Assembly (NCBI GenBank): GCA_022013205.1
Contig: JAKLQT010000244.1
Span: forward strand, 1-36,843
Length of the DNA: 36,843 bases
Direction of reading: 5' to 3'
DNA from: Candidatus Omnitrophota bacterium
Lineage (GTDB): Bacteria; Omnitrophota; Gorgyraeia; B26-G9
Shown one piece after another: positions 35,276 through 36,843 of this stretch. The notes under the pieces were generated by a model. The model searched no databases and was not told where the DNA came from. It saw only the letters and a list, made by a program, of their open reading frames with translations. Every line of letters starts with the position of its first letter. Within the stretch, counting starts at the first letter, position 1. A program made the translations under genes and the position numbers.

Positions 35276-36598
35276 TCATCTGCCGTCCTGACAAATATAC
35301 ATAGATTTTTTCTTGTGCAAACTCTTCTGAAACTCTAATAACTTTTGATTCCGCTCTTTTTTTACAGGCTGCGGAACGTCATCCGCCAATCCCGCGGCCT
35401 TTGTGCGCGGCCGCGGCGAGTATTTGAAGATATAGGCGGCGCTAAACTCCACCTCTTTCATCAAATCAAACGTATCCTGAAAATCCGCTTCCGTCTCTCC
35501 CGGAAACCCGACCAGCACATCCGTGGTCAGCCTCAAGCCCGGGATAATCTCCTTTGCCTTTTTCACCAGCTTTATATAATGCTCCCGCGTATAGCCGCGG
35601 TTCATCAACTTCAATATCCTATCCGAACCTGACTGTACCGGCAGGTGCAAAAACTTCTTACACCTCGGCAATTCCCGCATCACCCGGAACAGCTCTTCCG
35701 AGGCGTCCTTTGGATGCGAAGTAACAAAATCAAACTTCTCCAATCCTTCAACCTCATTCACCATCTTTAACAAATCAATAAAATCTATTTTTTTTCTACC
35801 ATGAGCCATGAGCCATGAGCTATGAGCTGTATAGCTATTTACATTCTGCCCCAACAGCGTAACCTCTTTTACTCCCTTTCTCACCAACCCCTCTATCTCC
35901 CTGATTATCTCATGCGCCGGACGGCTTCTTTCCCTGCCCCTGACATAAGGCACTATGCAGTAAGAGCAGAAATTATCGCACCCCTCCATAATAATCACAT
36001 TCGCGTGATTTTTATCTGCAACATAATCGGTATCATACACCGCGTCTATACGCTGCTTCCTGCCTACAGCCATCTGCGGGATATGCCGCTTAAAAAACTC
36101 ATCCAGCACATCCGCGATACTCCCGATATCATTCGGCCCCACGACAACATCCACCAGCGCTGACTTCGCGAACGCCGCCTTTTTGTAATTCTCCGCCATA
36201 CAGCCCAGAAGTCCAATAACCGGACTTCTGGCTACAGGCTCCAGGCTGCAAGCTCCATGCTTTTTCCTGCGGCCTGCGGCCTGCGGCTTGAAGCATCGGC
36301 CGTAGCAGCCGATCTCGCTCCACACCTTATCCTCCGCATGCTGCCGCACCGAACAGGTATTAAACAGCACGATATCCGCGGACTCAATATTCTCCGCCAA
36401 CTGATAACCGGCCTTCAGCAAAACCCCAGCCACCAGCTCGCTGTCGCGGGTATTCATCTGACAACCGAAAGTCTTAATAAAGACTTTCGGTTGTCGTGTC
36501 CGCGGCGCGTTGAGGACAATCCCGCAGGGATTTTCATCAACATGCTCGCGCAAGGACCTGACACTATTTTTATTATGCTTACTGTTATCTTCTTCCAT
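35276..36598 (-). CDS. miaB: tRNA-2-methylthio-i6A37 methylthiotransferase, lacking TRAM domain, with repeat-derived inserts
   Basis: FGCQMN, NTCSVRQHAE, GCMA, GCDNFCSYCIVPYVRGRERSR, LLGQNVNSY, TSHP, HLPVQSGS, VGFPGETE, YSPRPRT. Start uncertain (36598 or 36619). Confidence 0.9.
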   Translation of the reverse strand: MEEDNSKHNKNSVRSLREHVDENPCGIVLNAPRTRQPKVFIKTFGCQMNTRDSELVAGVLLKAGYQLAENIESADIVLFNTCSVRQHAEDKVWSEIGCYGRCFKPQAAGRRKKHGACSLEPVARSPVIGLLGCMAENYKKAAFAKSALVDVVVGPNDIGSIADVLDEFFKRHIPQMAVGRKQRIDAVYDTDYVADKNHANVIIMEGCDNFCSYCIVPYVRGRERSRPAHEIIREIEGLVRKGVKEVTLLGQNVNSYTAHSSWLMAHGRKKIDFIDLLKMVNEVEGLEKFDFVTSHPKDASEELFRVMRELPRCKKFLHLPVQSGSDRILKLMNRGYTREHYIKLVKKAKEIIPGLRLTTDVLVGFPGETEADFQDTFDLMKEVEFSAAYIFKYSPRPRTKAAGLADDVPQPVKKERNQKLLEFQKSLHKKKSMYICQDGR

Positions 36599-36703
36599 TT
36601 TTCTTAATGAACACATCATTTATGGAGCAAAACGACATAAATGATGTGTGTGAATTAACTATACCTTCACAAAATATTATCTAAATACATACATCACTTA
36701 GAG

Positions 36704-36843
36704 GTAAGCGTCCTTAGAATACAGGTAACTTTTATTTGACTTTGGCACGTAATTGCTGCCAGTTATCCGGCAGCAGGCTTTCCAGTTGACTCATCCTGCA
36801 ATCATTTATACGTTCCAGCACATCAGTCAAATATTCCCACGTA
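36704..36843 (-). mobile_element. Right end of an IS66-family element, including the TnpC C-terminus (36842-36732)
   Basis: Minus frame TWEYLTDVLERINDCRMSQLESLLPDNWQQLRAKVK* matches the IS66 TnpC C-terminal element. Terminal IR GTAAGCGTCC at 36704-36713. Confidence 0.88.

Noticed and set aside
1-36843. tRNA or rRNA genes
   Set aside because: No cloverleaf or rRNA-like segments were recognised by eye. tRNAscan/Infernal would be needed to exclude them formally.

Overview
Bacterial chromosomal window (standard genetic code; lineage not provable here, though the gene content suggests a PVC-superphylum organism such as Omnitrophota, which is inference only). It is bracketed by a frameshifted IS110-family element on the left and the right end of an IS66 element on the right. 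The housekeeping backbone is a short mfd, surA-pdxA-rsmA, miaA, a TPR-SPOR gene and a TRAM-less miaB, plus GT2 and GT-C glycosyltransferases. There is also a secreted TPR/transglutaminase-like cluster followed by an orphan relic of its own catalytic domain. The standout is a family of at least 8 loci (14853-31323 between rsmA and miaA, plus 33824-35233). Their products have unrelated cores (B12-binding radical SAM, JAB/MPN-like, 1852-aa helical, membrane-anchored unknowns, 102-aa mini protein) but share both ends. The N-terminus is a signal peptide (MNKR/L-F-K/R-I/L-I...AF...D...W) followed by an L-[SAN]-P-x-[LV]-[QEN]-[IM] box. The C-terminus is a hydrophobic-x-[QS]-[AS]-[IV]-COOH tail (IEQAI-like). 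Two members have their IEQAI tail hidden behind frameshifts and one is a 17-codon stub. Several share a promoter/operator leader, near-identical 5' DNA that breaks exactly at the signal-peptide end, and heptamer repeats behind the stop codon. Together this looks like a co-regulated, domain-shuffling arsenal of exported cargo proteins with a dual-terminal address. The same heptamer and palindromic repeats have also inserted in-frame into miaB.
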